DNA of 64,000 bases, taken from NCBI GenBank assembly GCA_050290185.1, contig JBNKHE010000007.1, positions 64,001 through 128,000 of the forward strand, written 5' to 3'. The position numbers and the translations under genes are program-made. This DNA is from Pontiella sp. GTDB taxonomy: Bacteria; Verrucomicrobiota; Kiritimatiellia; Kiritimatiellales; Pontiellaceae. The notes beneath the pieces are model-generated. The model ran no database searches. It was not told where the DNA came from and worked only from the letters and a program-made list of their open reading frames with translations. Below, in pieces: positions 52,964-61,299 of the stretch (position 1 is its first letter; each line of letters starts with the position of its first letter).

Positions 52964-53294
52964 ATGACGGGCAACTCTCCGTTTCTCTTCAAGCCACACC
53001 CGTGGCCACTCTCTTGCGTATCAGCCTCACCGCCTTCCATGGTTTTTGTTTCTCCTGTCCATGGTCGAGCGGTCGAGCATCGCTTTGGTTTTGCTGAGCT
53101 GCTTGGCTAACTTAGTGGGGAACCTATGGGCTATTGCCCGTACCCGCTCAAAGCCTCACTCAAAGATTTTCTCTCGATGCATCTCAAACCGCTGCAAATA
53201 GATAGGTACATATTTGTAGTGTTTGTGGTCGCTTCACGAGGCAGCAACTTGTTTGCCCATTCCCATTTTAATCAACCTAAGAAAGGAACCCAAA

Positions 53295-55055
53295 ATGTTA
53301 AACACAAAAGAAGTATTCGACCTTGCAAGAGCACAGAAGTTAACCCTAACGGATGATCCGTTGGCAGTCGTAAATGCGTACCCAGATAGTCTCGGTGTTC
53401 AGCTTTTCGATTGGCTTTGGGGAGAACTCGTTGAGGAAGGCCGAACGACACGCAATAAGCCAAACTTTAAATGCACCCGAACGGGAAAGGACTTGCGCGG
53501 AGTTGAAGTTAAACGTCAAGCAATGGCCGCTGTGCTGCTAGACCTCCTGTATTATGATGTCGTGGCCATCTACGGTGACGAACATATGTACACGCGCAAA
53601 GTGGGGCTTCCTGATCGATTGTCAATCAGTGGAATAGCTGTTCCTTCATGGTATCGCTATTCATCACTTTTGGTTTGGCTTGAGGCTGAACTTAAGCACC
53701 GCAACCTGTTGACTGTTTCGCAGGGGTGGCCAACTTTTCAGAACGAGAAGAGCGGCTATAAGATCACAGGTAGGCCAAACCTTTGGGCTGCTGATGGGCG
53801 ACTTCTGACACGACTTGAACTCGTGAAATCCTGTTCCAATCTCGCGGGGTTCTTCCCAGAGAAACGGCGGGACTGTATCGACCTGAAGCAAAACGGGGAG
53901 TCGGACTATTTACGAGCACCAGACCTCCTGATTCAAAAGAAGGATGAACTTGGTAAGGCTCAACCTTGGGCTGTATCCGGTAACTCTCTTGCTGATGAAA
54001 CCCGAAGACGTTTACTCGCAGTCAATCGCTTCAATGTTGAACATGATTGGACGGCATACCGTGCGAATCTAAGTGATGCCTTGAGTATAAGCGACACTCT
54101 TCGGGAACGGTTACTGTTTGCTCAAAATATGGATGACAAGCAGAAGCGGAAAGCTCGTCGAAGAGCTGCCGCTGATATGCTCGGTGTAACACACGGAGGG
54201 GACATTGAGTTCCGCAAGACCGTTGAGGTGATGCCGAATGTCTTCTCCAATGTTGAAGTGCCGGTAGGTGTCTTATCAAAGCAGTCAGAGCCGATCTTCA
54301 AGAACATACCTGTTGACCGTCGAGGGAACACGATGCTTCTGGAGTACGAGCGGAAGCTGGTTGACCCATGGCACACCATGCGGATTGCTGGCAGTCGGTC
54401 GGAAGAGATGGCTATCGGTCGAATGTATTGGAGCATGTCGCATATTCAGAAAGCACTTCGATTTTCACTTCAGGTGAACGGAGAGTCGACAGTTGAATGG
54501 GACTTCAAAAATATGCATCCGAAAATCTTGTACGGTCGAGCCGGTATCAAAGAGGTAACCCATGACCTCTATGATTATGTGTGTGATGAAGTGGGGGACT
54601 CAGAGCTGGTCTTGAGGCCACTCGTTAAGGTGCTCTTCAATGCCATGATAAATGCTAAGACCCCCGATGAGGCATTTCGTGCCGCTAATCGGAGCATGTA
54701 TAAGAATCCACACCAACCAAAGAAGCGGGATGTTTGGCTACCCATTGCGGAGAAAGTCAGAGGTCTAAACAATGGAGTTTACTCTTCGGATTTTCTGATG
54801 CCGATTATCCGAAAAGTTCATGCCCCCATTGCCGATTATTTCTGTACCGGTATTGGAGTAGAGCTTCAGGCTGTGGACGCTGAGATCGCTCTGAGGGTCA
54901 TGGAAAGATGTACTCAAGATTACGGACAACCGGTTGTCGGTATTCACGATTCGTTCCGTGTCCAAGAGTCGGCTGAGAGTTCGCTCAGACAGGTGATGAG
55001 GGAAGTCTCGGAAGAGATTCTAGATGGGACGGTTCTGGAGATAACGAAGAGCTGA
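53295..55055 (+). CDS. Family A DNA polymerase / T7-RNAP-like palm polymerase of unknown function
   Basis: GRMY, motif A-like VEWDFKNMHPKILY, motif B-like RPLVKVLFNAMINA, LQAVDAEI, motif C GIHDSF; AAAGGAA RBS. Confidence 0.72.
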   Translation: MLNTKEVFDLARAQKLTLTDDPLAVVNAYPDSLGVQLFDWLWGELVEEGRTTRNKPNFKCTRTGKDLRGVEVKRQAMAAVLLDLLYYDVVAIYGDEHMYTRKVGLPDRLSISGIAVPSWYRYSSLLVWLEAELKHRNLLTVSQGWPTFQNEKSGYKITGRPNLWAADGRLLTRLELVKSCSNLAGFFPEKRRDCIDLKQNGESDYLRAPDLLIQKKDELGKAQPWAVSGNSLADETRRRLLAVNRFNVEHDWTAYRANLSDALSISDTLRERLLFAQNMDDKQKRKARRRAAADMLGVTHGGDIEFRKTVEVMPNVFSNVEVPVGVLSKQSEPIFKNIPVDRRGNTMLLEYERKLVDPWHTMRIAGSRSEEMAIGRMYWSMSHIQKALRFSLQVNGESTVEWDFKNMHPKILYGRAGIKEVTHDLYDYVCDEVGDSELVLRPLVKVLFNAMINAKTPDEAFRAANRSMYKNPHQPKKRDVWLPIAEKVRGLNNGVYSSDFLMPIIRKVHAPIADYFCTGIGVELQAVDAEIALRVMERCTQDYGQPVVGIHDSFRVQESAESSLRQVMREVSEEILDGTVLEITKS

Positions 55056-55288
55056 CCGAAGAACCGCATTGCAGCTGGCAGTAAGGCTGGCTGCTAACTG
55101 CTTCCACTTATTGCCAGCTCTGCTGAGATGGGAAGATACCACGGAGAGTTGCAACCTCCTGTAGGTATCATTTCCTCCTGTCTCGCTTCGCTCCACTAGG
55201 ATTGCACAGGTTATCCCTGCACATGTCGTAACATCTTAAACATTAATGAGAAAGGAGGGGTCGAGTATCCCGAACAATAAGGAGCAAA

Positions 55289-56092
55289 ATGCAAAAATCA
55301 AACAGAAGAAACTTCACGCCTTCACCCGTAGCTGTAGCAATGGCTTCCCCCAAAGGTGGACTGAGCCGCGAGGAACAGATAAGGCGTGACCGTCTGGCCA
55401 ACGCAAAGAAAGGATCGAATGAGGCCGTAAAGGTGAAGGCCAAAAGCCGTCGCTATGGGTTGACCCAGAAGGGGAATAGCTCCGGCATACCTTGTGTCGG
55501 TCTCGCTCGCTTCAACCCTAAGATGCTGAGTCGCCATACTCGGAAAAGCATTCTGCCCGCTCAGTTGGGGGTAGCTGCTGCATTGGGCCACCTACCAAGA
55601 GGAGATAAAACTCTCCCACTCCAAGCAATATGGCGACAACGTACACGAGCCGGTAGCGGCGACCGTGTAGCAAGGGGCTTGAAGCCAGCCAAGACGCGAG
55701 TAACAACGTGTCTCTTGGAAGCTGGCGTTTGGTCTGACACCGATAACGATGTCATTGCGGGGAAGTTCAAAGGATCTCACCTTGGATGCCAAGCGGCAGC
55801 GGATGGCTACTGCGAGAAACTCGGACAATGCCGCCTTTTGCTAGAGACCCTCGTGAGGCTTGGAGAGTTCTCTCAGCTACCCGATGCCAATCAGCGTCAA
55901 GATAAGCTACTGCATCTTCCTTCAAGTCGTACCTGTTGCGTAGGCTGGAAGCGGCTCCTGTACTGTCTGCTGCTGCCGACCAAATGCGCGGACTTCATGA
56001 CTGACTCAGCGCGTAACCTTGTTGCTCAACTGGCTAGGAACGCTGGGCTAACCGTTGACCGCCATGGGAACTGCGAGGAGCCGAAACGATGA
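55289..56092 (+). CDS. Hypothetical basic protein
   Basis: AAGGAG RBS; ATGA coupling to the next ORF. Confidence 0.6.
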   Translation: MQKSNRRNFTPSPVAVAMASPKGGLSREEQIRRDRLANAKKGSNEAVKVKAKSRRYGLTQKGNSSGIPCVGLARFNPKMLSRHTRKSILPAQLGVAAALGHLPRGDKTLPLQAIWRQRTRAGSGDRVARGLKPAKTRVTTCLLEAGVWSDTDNDVIAGKFKGSHLGCQAAADGYCEKLGQCRLLLETLVRLGEFSQLPDANQRQDKLLHLPSSRTCCVGWKRLLYCLLLPTKCADFMTDSARNLVAQLARNAGLTVDRHGNCEEPKR

Positions 56093-56181
56093 ACACAACA
56101 CAATCATGCAGCCGACTAAGCTTCAGAGAAAAAAGGGCAGTCCATACCGCCCGTGAGTGTATGGGGAAAGAAAGTAAATGA
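56089..56181 (+). CDS. 30-aa small ORF (absent from the ORF track)
   Basis: GAGGAG RBS; ATGA overlaps at both ends; MNTTQSCSRLSFREKRAVHTARECMGKESK. Confidence 0.55.
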   Translation: MNTTQSCSRLSFREKRAVHTARECMGKESK

Positions 56182-56789
56182 TTAGACAGCTAAGCTTCAC
56201 AGATGCTGTGAGGCGTGAGGCTCTTGCTAAAAGTAGACTTGAACGAGTCAACCAGAAGTTAGAAGCCATAGGGGATAATAAGTCCTCAACGATGAAGCGA
56301 GAGCTTCTGTCGAAGCGGGAACTGCTGCTGAAAAAGAAAGAAAGGCTTGAAGTGACCCTTCGAGATATTCAGCAGATGGTTGCTGCACACCAAACCAGAA
56401 CCGGTAAGGAACTTCCATATGTTCGGCATTGTCAGTTGAAGGCTGAGGCTGATGCCAAGGAACAACTGAGAGTAGAGCTTGAGCATCTGAAAGCAACTGC
56501 AACAGAACTCCCTGAGGGTGGCAAGGTAGTCAATGACTCCGATGCCATTCTTCAAGGTGTGAGTCAAGAAGCGTTGGACGCTGGGTTGCTCCAGATTCAA
56601 GAAACTCTCAGTGGTTTACTTAGAGGGAAGCCTCTGGTTGAAGTCCCCTCAGATGTTAAGCGTACACCGCCCAAGCCAAAGCCCAAGGTATCACCTGTAG
56701 CTGCCCCGATGAATAAACCCACGGTTGCACCTGCTCTAGACCTGAGCGGTCTTGATGAACTCTTGGCGGAATGCGAGGCGTTGCCGTGA
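56178..56789 (+). CDS. Hypothetical coiled-coil protein
   Basis: Heptad-rich N-terminal half, Pro/Lys-rich linker, acidic tail. Confidence 0.65.
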   Translation: MIRQLSFTDAVRREALAKSRLERVNQKLEAIGDNKSSTMKRELLSKRELLLKKKERLEVTLRDIQQMVAAHQTRTGKELPYVRHCQLKAEADAKEQLRVELEHLKATATELPEGGKVVNDSDAILQGVSQEALDAGLLQIQETLSGLLRGKPLVEVPSDVKRTPPKPKPKVSPVAAPMNKPTVAPALDLSGLDELLAECEALP

Positions 56790-57277
56790 GACATCCAGAA
56801 CATTCAAGGCACTACAGCCTAGAAGCAAGGCAGAAGCTGGATGCTATCTATCGGCGCATTGATCGAAACCAAATGATGAAGGAAGCAGAGCAGCTAAAGT
56901 ATCCTGAAGGCCGTCTCCCCACGCCATGGCCTGAGCGGTATCAACGGCTGTATGATAAGTGGCTAGAGTTGGAGCATGAAGGCTTCGCGATACGACTCCA
57001 TGAAAGTAGAAGATTCAATGATGAGCTTTCGTCCAAGTACTGCGAGAAACTCAGAAAGCTTCACTCCATCTGGCGGTACTTACCTGAAGATGATCCGCGA
57101 AAAGTTGCAACCCAAGCGGCCATCGAAAAGTTGGTGAATCATATCAATGGTCAGATGGAAGGCTTAGCCTATTTGTTTGTTCCTGAGCTGAAACCAACAA
57201 ACCGCCTTTGCGGTGGAATCTCAGATTCAGCACTCAATGAGATAGCCAGCGACTATGTTTCGAAAGCAGGGTGCTAA
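56786..57277 (+). CDS. Hypothetical protein
   Basis: GTG start overlapping the upstream TGA. Confidence 0.6.
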   Translation: MRHPEHSRHYSLEARQKLDAIYRRIDRNQMMKEAEQLKYPEGRLPTPWPERYQRLYDKWLELEHEGFAIRLHESRRFNDELSSKYCEKLRKLHSIWRYLPEDDPRKVATQAAIEKLVNHINGQMEGLAYLFVPELKPTNRLCGGISDSALNEIASDYVSKAGC

Positions 57278-57278
57278 G

Positions 57279-57653
57279 ATGGATGAACCTAAGGCCACCA
57301 CAAGCGACCGACTGAGTGCTCTATGCAATCAACTCCAGGGATTGCTCAAAGTCCGCCATGAGCTGCCTCATTTGACCGTCACACCGTCCGAGTTGGTTGA
57401 TCATGAGTCAGGTATGGTTTGTCTGACTGTCACCTTCAAGGACGGCAAGAAGCTCCTCTCGGTTATCACTGGAGATGCAGACCTCAATGCAGAGGAAGGT
57501 GTCAACGATATGGTGACACTCCGAGCGGAAGCCCATCGCTGCCTATGTGGGTATCTCCAGTCTATGTGGGATATGTTGGTCGCCAACGAAGAGTTGCTTG
57601 TGGACTTTAACTCGAAGATCCGCACAAAGAGAACTCTTGGCGGCGGTGCGTAA
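57279..57653 (+). CDS. Hypothetical protein
   Basis: ATG 1 nt after the upstream stop. Confidence 0.6.
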   Translation: MDEPKATTSDRLSALCNQLQGLLKVRHELPHLTVTPSELVDHESGMVCLTVTFKDGKKLLSVITGDADLNAEEGVNDMVTLRAEAHRCLCGYLQSMWDMLVANEELLVDFNSKIRTKRTLGGGA

Positions 57654-57905
57654 TCCCATCAAGAAACAAACAGTAGGTGAAGTGGCCTGCAACCCATCAC
57701 ATTTTATCCGTCGGTGAAATGACCGATACCCTAGACTCGACGGCAGAACTTGCCGCTCTTAACCGAACGTCCCTCAACACCTAAATCAGTAATCAAGACC
57801 CCGTTGTAGCTATGCATAAAGTATGGCGCGGGGTCTTGCTGGTTTACACCGATTGTATTTTGCAATCACAGGCTCTCTCCGCCTATGGAGAAGAAAGCAT
57901 GTACG

Positions 57906-58241
57906 ATGAAAAGTTACACTGACTACACCCCTGAAGAGTTGTCCGAACTCTCCAAAGACCCAGCTAGGTTTCAAGAGCTGGTTGCCGAGGCCAACGGCGA
58001 ACTTGCAATGAAGCAGAACGCTCAGCAAGCCGAACAGGCAATCGCTCAGAACAAAGCCAATGCTGAACTTGAAGTCACCCAAGAGCGCGAACGCCAAGTT
58101 GAAGACCTCCAGCAGCATTTGGATGCTCAAGGCTACAACGCAAAAATGACCGGCAAAGGGTTGGTCTTGAATACAGCTCCAATGAACCCGCTTACGGGTC
58201 GGGCCTATGGCGACACAGGTGCAACCGTAGACGCTGGCTAG
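57906..58241 (+). CDS. Hypothetical Q/E/A-rich helical protein
   Basis: Coiled-coil-like composition; start uncertain (57885 or 57906). Confidence 0.6.
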   Translation: MKSYTDYTPEELSELSKDPARFQELVAEANGELAMKQNAQQAEQAIAQNKANAELEVTQERERQVEDLQQHLDAQGYNAKMTGKGLVLNTAPMNPLTGRAYGDTGATVDAG

Positions 58242-58282
58242 AAACCGAACCACAATCAAAACTATCAAAAGGAATAAACTAA

Positions 58283-58843
58283 ATGAAAAACGAAGCAAAC
58301 ACCCAAGAGTTCACCCTGCCTAAGCAACTGAATATCACCACTACTGTTCCAACCTCACAGCTGCCTCTTCTTCGAGTTGAGACCGTCGAGGGAATGAGCA
58401 TTGCGGCAAACGACAGGGTGAACCTGCCTTGGTTGGCGGCCAATCTGCACCTAATCACTGAAGCCCAGTGGGAGTTCATTAAGTGCGACCTGAAGAGCAT
58501 CCTAATGGGAATCCTAATGGAGAACGTCAACGCGACGAAGCGGAACCAACGCATGGTCGAGACCGCCCAGAAGCAAGCAGACGCACGTAAGGCGGCTCAA
58601 GAGGAGTCCAACCTGTCTGACTTGAAGAAATACCTGTTGCCTTCCGAGGCCGCCATTATGGCTGCCACATGCGGGAACTCATCTTCCAAGGAAAAGAAGT
58701 TCATGGTGAACCTCTTCAAGGAGCTGGATATCATGAACCCAGACGGCTCGTGGAATGAACAGGGAATCTACATGCGAGAATGGGAGCTTGAGGCAAAACT
58801 TTTGGATCGTGAGCCTGTGAATCTCGTTGAAGTGCCGAAGTAA
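58283..58843 (+). CDS. Hypothetical protein
   Basis: AAGGA RBS; followed by a terminator. Confidence 0.65.
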   Translation: MKNEANTQEFTLPKQLNITTTVPTSQLPLLRVETVEGMSIAANDRVNLPWLAANLHLITEAQWEFIKCDLKSILMGILMENVNATKRNQRMVETAQKQADARKAAQEESNLSDLKKYLLPSEAAIMAATCGNSSSKEKKFMVNLFKELDIMNPDGSWNEQGIYMREWELEAKLLDREPVNLVEVPK

Positions 58844-58874
58844 TTAAACCATCTGTCTTCTAAGATAACCCCAT

Positions 58875-58915
58875 AAACAGGGAGAGTGCCATTAAGGTGC
58901 TCTCTCTGTTTTTTT
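58875..58915 (+). terminator. Rho-independent terminator ending the ORFan operon
   Basis: AAACAGGGAGAGTGCC-ATTAA-GGTGCTCTCTCTGTTT followed by T run. Confidence 0.8.
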
Positions 58916-59120
58916 CGTTAGCGGGAGTCGAGTAGCGAGAAGGGGAGTTTGAAAAGATCCTTGGCGGTCATGTGGCTGTGAATCTCGTTCAGGTTCACAA
59001 GCAGTAGTATGACCTGCTAGCAAAGTTTGCTAGGGATGGCTTGAAGACCCACTTTCAGGGAAAACTCTGGGGTGGGATTGTGACTTGCCTTAACGGCTTC
59101 GTTATGAATAGATCTTTCAT

Positions 59121-59798
59121 GTGAAAGAGGGTTCTAGTAAGAAAAAAACTTCGATTGACTGGAAAGGTGTATGGGCCGCCGTCGGGTTGCTGTTTGTTGC
59201 ATCCTGCTTGTATTCATATACCCATGATACATTTGCCACACTGGGTGTGCTTATTTTTGCAGTTATAGTCATGGCGGCTAGAAAGAAATACAATGAATTG
59301 TTTGTTCTGATTTGCCTTTTCTCGTCCATATTTTTCTACATCATTGGTGCAGCACACATCGCAATCGTTATTGTGTGCATACTTCTCATTCAACAGTTCA
59401 TTCGCACCATCAATAGAAAATTTAACTATGATGAAGTTTTTCCTTATTTTGGCATATTAACGATCCTTATTGGGTTTTATTCTGGAATCTATGCAAAGTA
59501 CGGAATGCTGGAAAACGGAAAGCTGATTTACGATCAACCTAGCGCTACATATTTTAGTATCGTTACATGGACGACTCTTGGCTATGGGGATATCCAGCCG
59601 AGTGAAGAATCAAGAGGTTGGGCTGCAAGCGAAGCACTGTTAGGTTATATTTTCATGGCACTTGGCATCGCATTGTTTGCTCATGTAGTGAACTCTAGGC
59701 AACATTTGCGCTCAGAAATGGGGGCGATGAAGATTAGTGAGAACGAAGCACCCGCTTCACAATCGCATAATAACGGTGATAGAAATGACACTCGGTGA
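59121..59798 (+). CDS. Potassium-channel-family membrane protein (Ion_trans_2-like)
   Basis: YFSIVTWTTLGYGDIQP pore/selectivity filter; extra N-terminal TMs. Confidence 0.82.
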   Translation: MKEGSSKKKTSIDWKGVWAAVGLLFVASCLYSYTHDTFATLGVLIFAVIVMAARKKYNELFVLICLFSSIFFYIIGAAHIAIVIVCILLIQQFIRTINRKFNYDEVFPYFGILTILIGFYSGIYAKYGMLENGKLIYDQPSATYFSIVTWTTLGYGDIQPSEESRGWAASEALLGYIFMALGIALFAHVVNSRQHLRSEMGAMKISENEAPASQSHNNGDRNDTR

Positions 59799-60564
59799 AA
59801 TTACGATTATTTTTGCGGTTTTAGAAGTTCCAATCATGCTGTTGGGCAAGCTCGATTATTATCTTTCTGCGAGCGTAAAAGACAAAGTCGGTGATCTCTT
59901 ACTAGCAGTAAATCAATCGGTTAAGCATGCATTGTCATGGAGGTTCTATTTTGTGTTGCTGTTTTTCAGCATGTTTTTTACGACGATTATTTTCGGTTTT
60001 ATGGGTTTGGCAGATGTTTTCCTAAGTTCAGGAAGCTCCGAGACGATAGCGTTAAAATCAGCAGCGCCCATATTATTGGCTTTGGTTTTGAAAGTTATCT
60101 TTTGGGATTACTTAATGGCACTAAAGTCGGCGTGGCTTATGAAAGCATACCTATCAGTTGAGGTGGTCACGAAAGCAGACAAAGCTCAGCTTGTAATAAG
60201 TATTTTCACAGACCTTGCTTTAACTGCATTTCTAACAAGTATATTTATTAATTTCGGAGGGCTTCTTCAAGAGCATGCCTCTGATGTTGCAAGCTCAGAA
60301 GTTGTCCGCCCATTGTCACTGAAGCTATCTGAGTTCTTTGATGAGATTAAGTTTGCTATAATGAAATCTGTACAAAATGCTCATTATTTTTTGAATGGAT
60401 CGCTGGCGTTCTATATCTGCTTTATGCTTGCTTGGCTCGGAAGAGATGAAAGCGGAATCACAGAATCAGGTCGAATTCGAACATCTCCATTTCAGACTAT
60501 TTCTTTGATTCTGACGATATTGATAGTGGTGCTATTGGGTGCCTTTTATATGGCGGACAAGTAA
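59785..60564 (+). CDS. Multi-pass membrane protein
   Basis: Roughly six hydrophobic segments; overlaps the channel gene stop. Confidence 0.65.
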   Translation: MTLGEITIIFAVLEVPIMLLGKLDYYLSASVKDKVGDLLLAVNQSVKHALSWRFYFVLLFFSMFFTTIIFGFMGLADVFLSSGSSETIALKSAAPILLALVLKVIFWDYLMALKSAWLMKAYLSVEVVTKADKAQLVISIFTDLALTAFLTSIFINFGGLLQEHASDVASSEVVRPLSLKLSEFFDEIKFAIMKSVQNAHYFLNGSLAFYICFMLAWLGRDESGITESGRIRTSPFQTISLILTILIVVLLGAFYMADK

Positions 60565-60720
60565 TTGACACGCTTATAAGTCAATGGTGTCTTCCTGTAC
60601 GCCGTACCTTCGCCGACTTCCCTTTAATGACCGGAAGGAAGAGCTTGAAGAGGAACCCAATGATGAGTAGGGGGAGGAGCCAAGGGTGGGATAGGAAGAG
60701 GGATTCTAGGATTTGAGAGG

Positions 60721-61299
60721 TCATGACAGGGTGGTTTGATTCCCTCGCCGCAAATCAGCAGGAAGTAGTTTGTCGATTTCTTGTTCTGAAAACGTGAGTT
60801 CTTCGTTTACCTGTAATGCTGTCGTTGCGGCCTTATATGCCTTGCTGATAGTGCGGGGGCTTCCTTCATAAATATTTTTCAACTGCATTTGCAGAGCATC
60901 CCTTCTGTTAATTATTTCATCGGTGTTGATGACTCCGGCATTGATGTCAGTTAGAAGGGCTAAATAGCTTTCACGCACATCCCATAGGTCATTTGCTGCA
61001 TCAGAGTGTTTTTGTGAAACTTGGCCGAGGTCACTTCCTTTGACGTAGGTGTTAAGTGCTAGCAACGCCGCAGAGATAAGACCTGTTATAATGCCGCATA
61101 CTGGACTCTCTCCCAGCACGGTGGTAAATACGCCTGTGGTTGTTAATGCCGACAAGATAATCTGAATGATTTTGATGGTTGAGTTGCGTGAGAATACAAT
61201 GTCAGCACACTTTTCTTGGGTTTTGTGGCTCCATGCAACTCGACCAAAGCATTCACGGATATGCGACTCAAGGATCTTAACTTGGGAATCGGACGCCAT
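60721..61299 (-). CDS. SLATT-family 2TM effector (CBASS)
   Basis: IRECFGRVAWSHKTQEKCAD, two TMs, PRT...AY; overlaps the CD-NTase gene. Confidence 0.85.
   Translation of the reverse strand: MASDSQVKILESHIRECFGRVAWSHKTQEKCADIVFSRNSTIKIIQIILSALTTTGVFTTVLGESPVCGIITGLISAALLALNTYVKGSDLGQVSQKHSDAANDLWDVRESYLALLTDINAGVINTDEIINRRDALQMQLKNIYEGSPRTISKAYKAATTALQVNEELTFSEQEIDKLLPADLRRGNQTTLS

Noticed and set aside
52692..55055. Idea that the RNAP fragment (starting right after HDS) and the 586-aa protein (HDSF near its end) form one permuted or split RNA polymerase
   Set aside because: The 586-aa protein has its own helical tail after HDSF and lacks T7 RNAP signatures such as DGSCSGLQH and RxxxKxxVMTxxYG; probably coincidence
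58815..58989. 14-bp direct repeat CTGTGAATCTCGTT (58815-58828 and 58976-58989)
   Set aside because: Only two copies, one within a CDS; no array or element between them beyond a terminator
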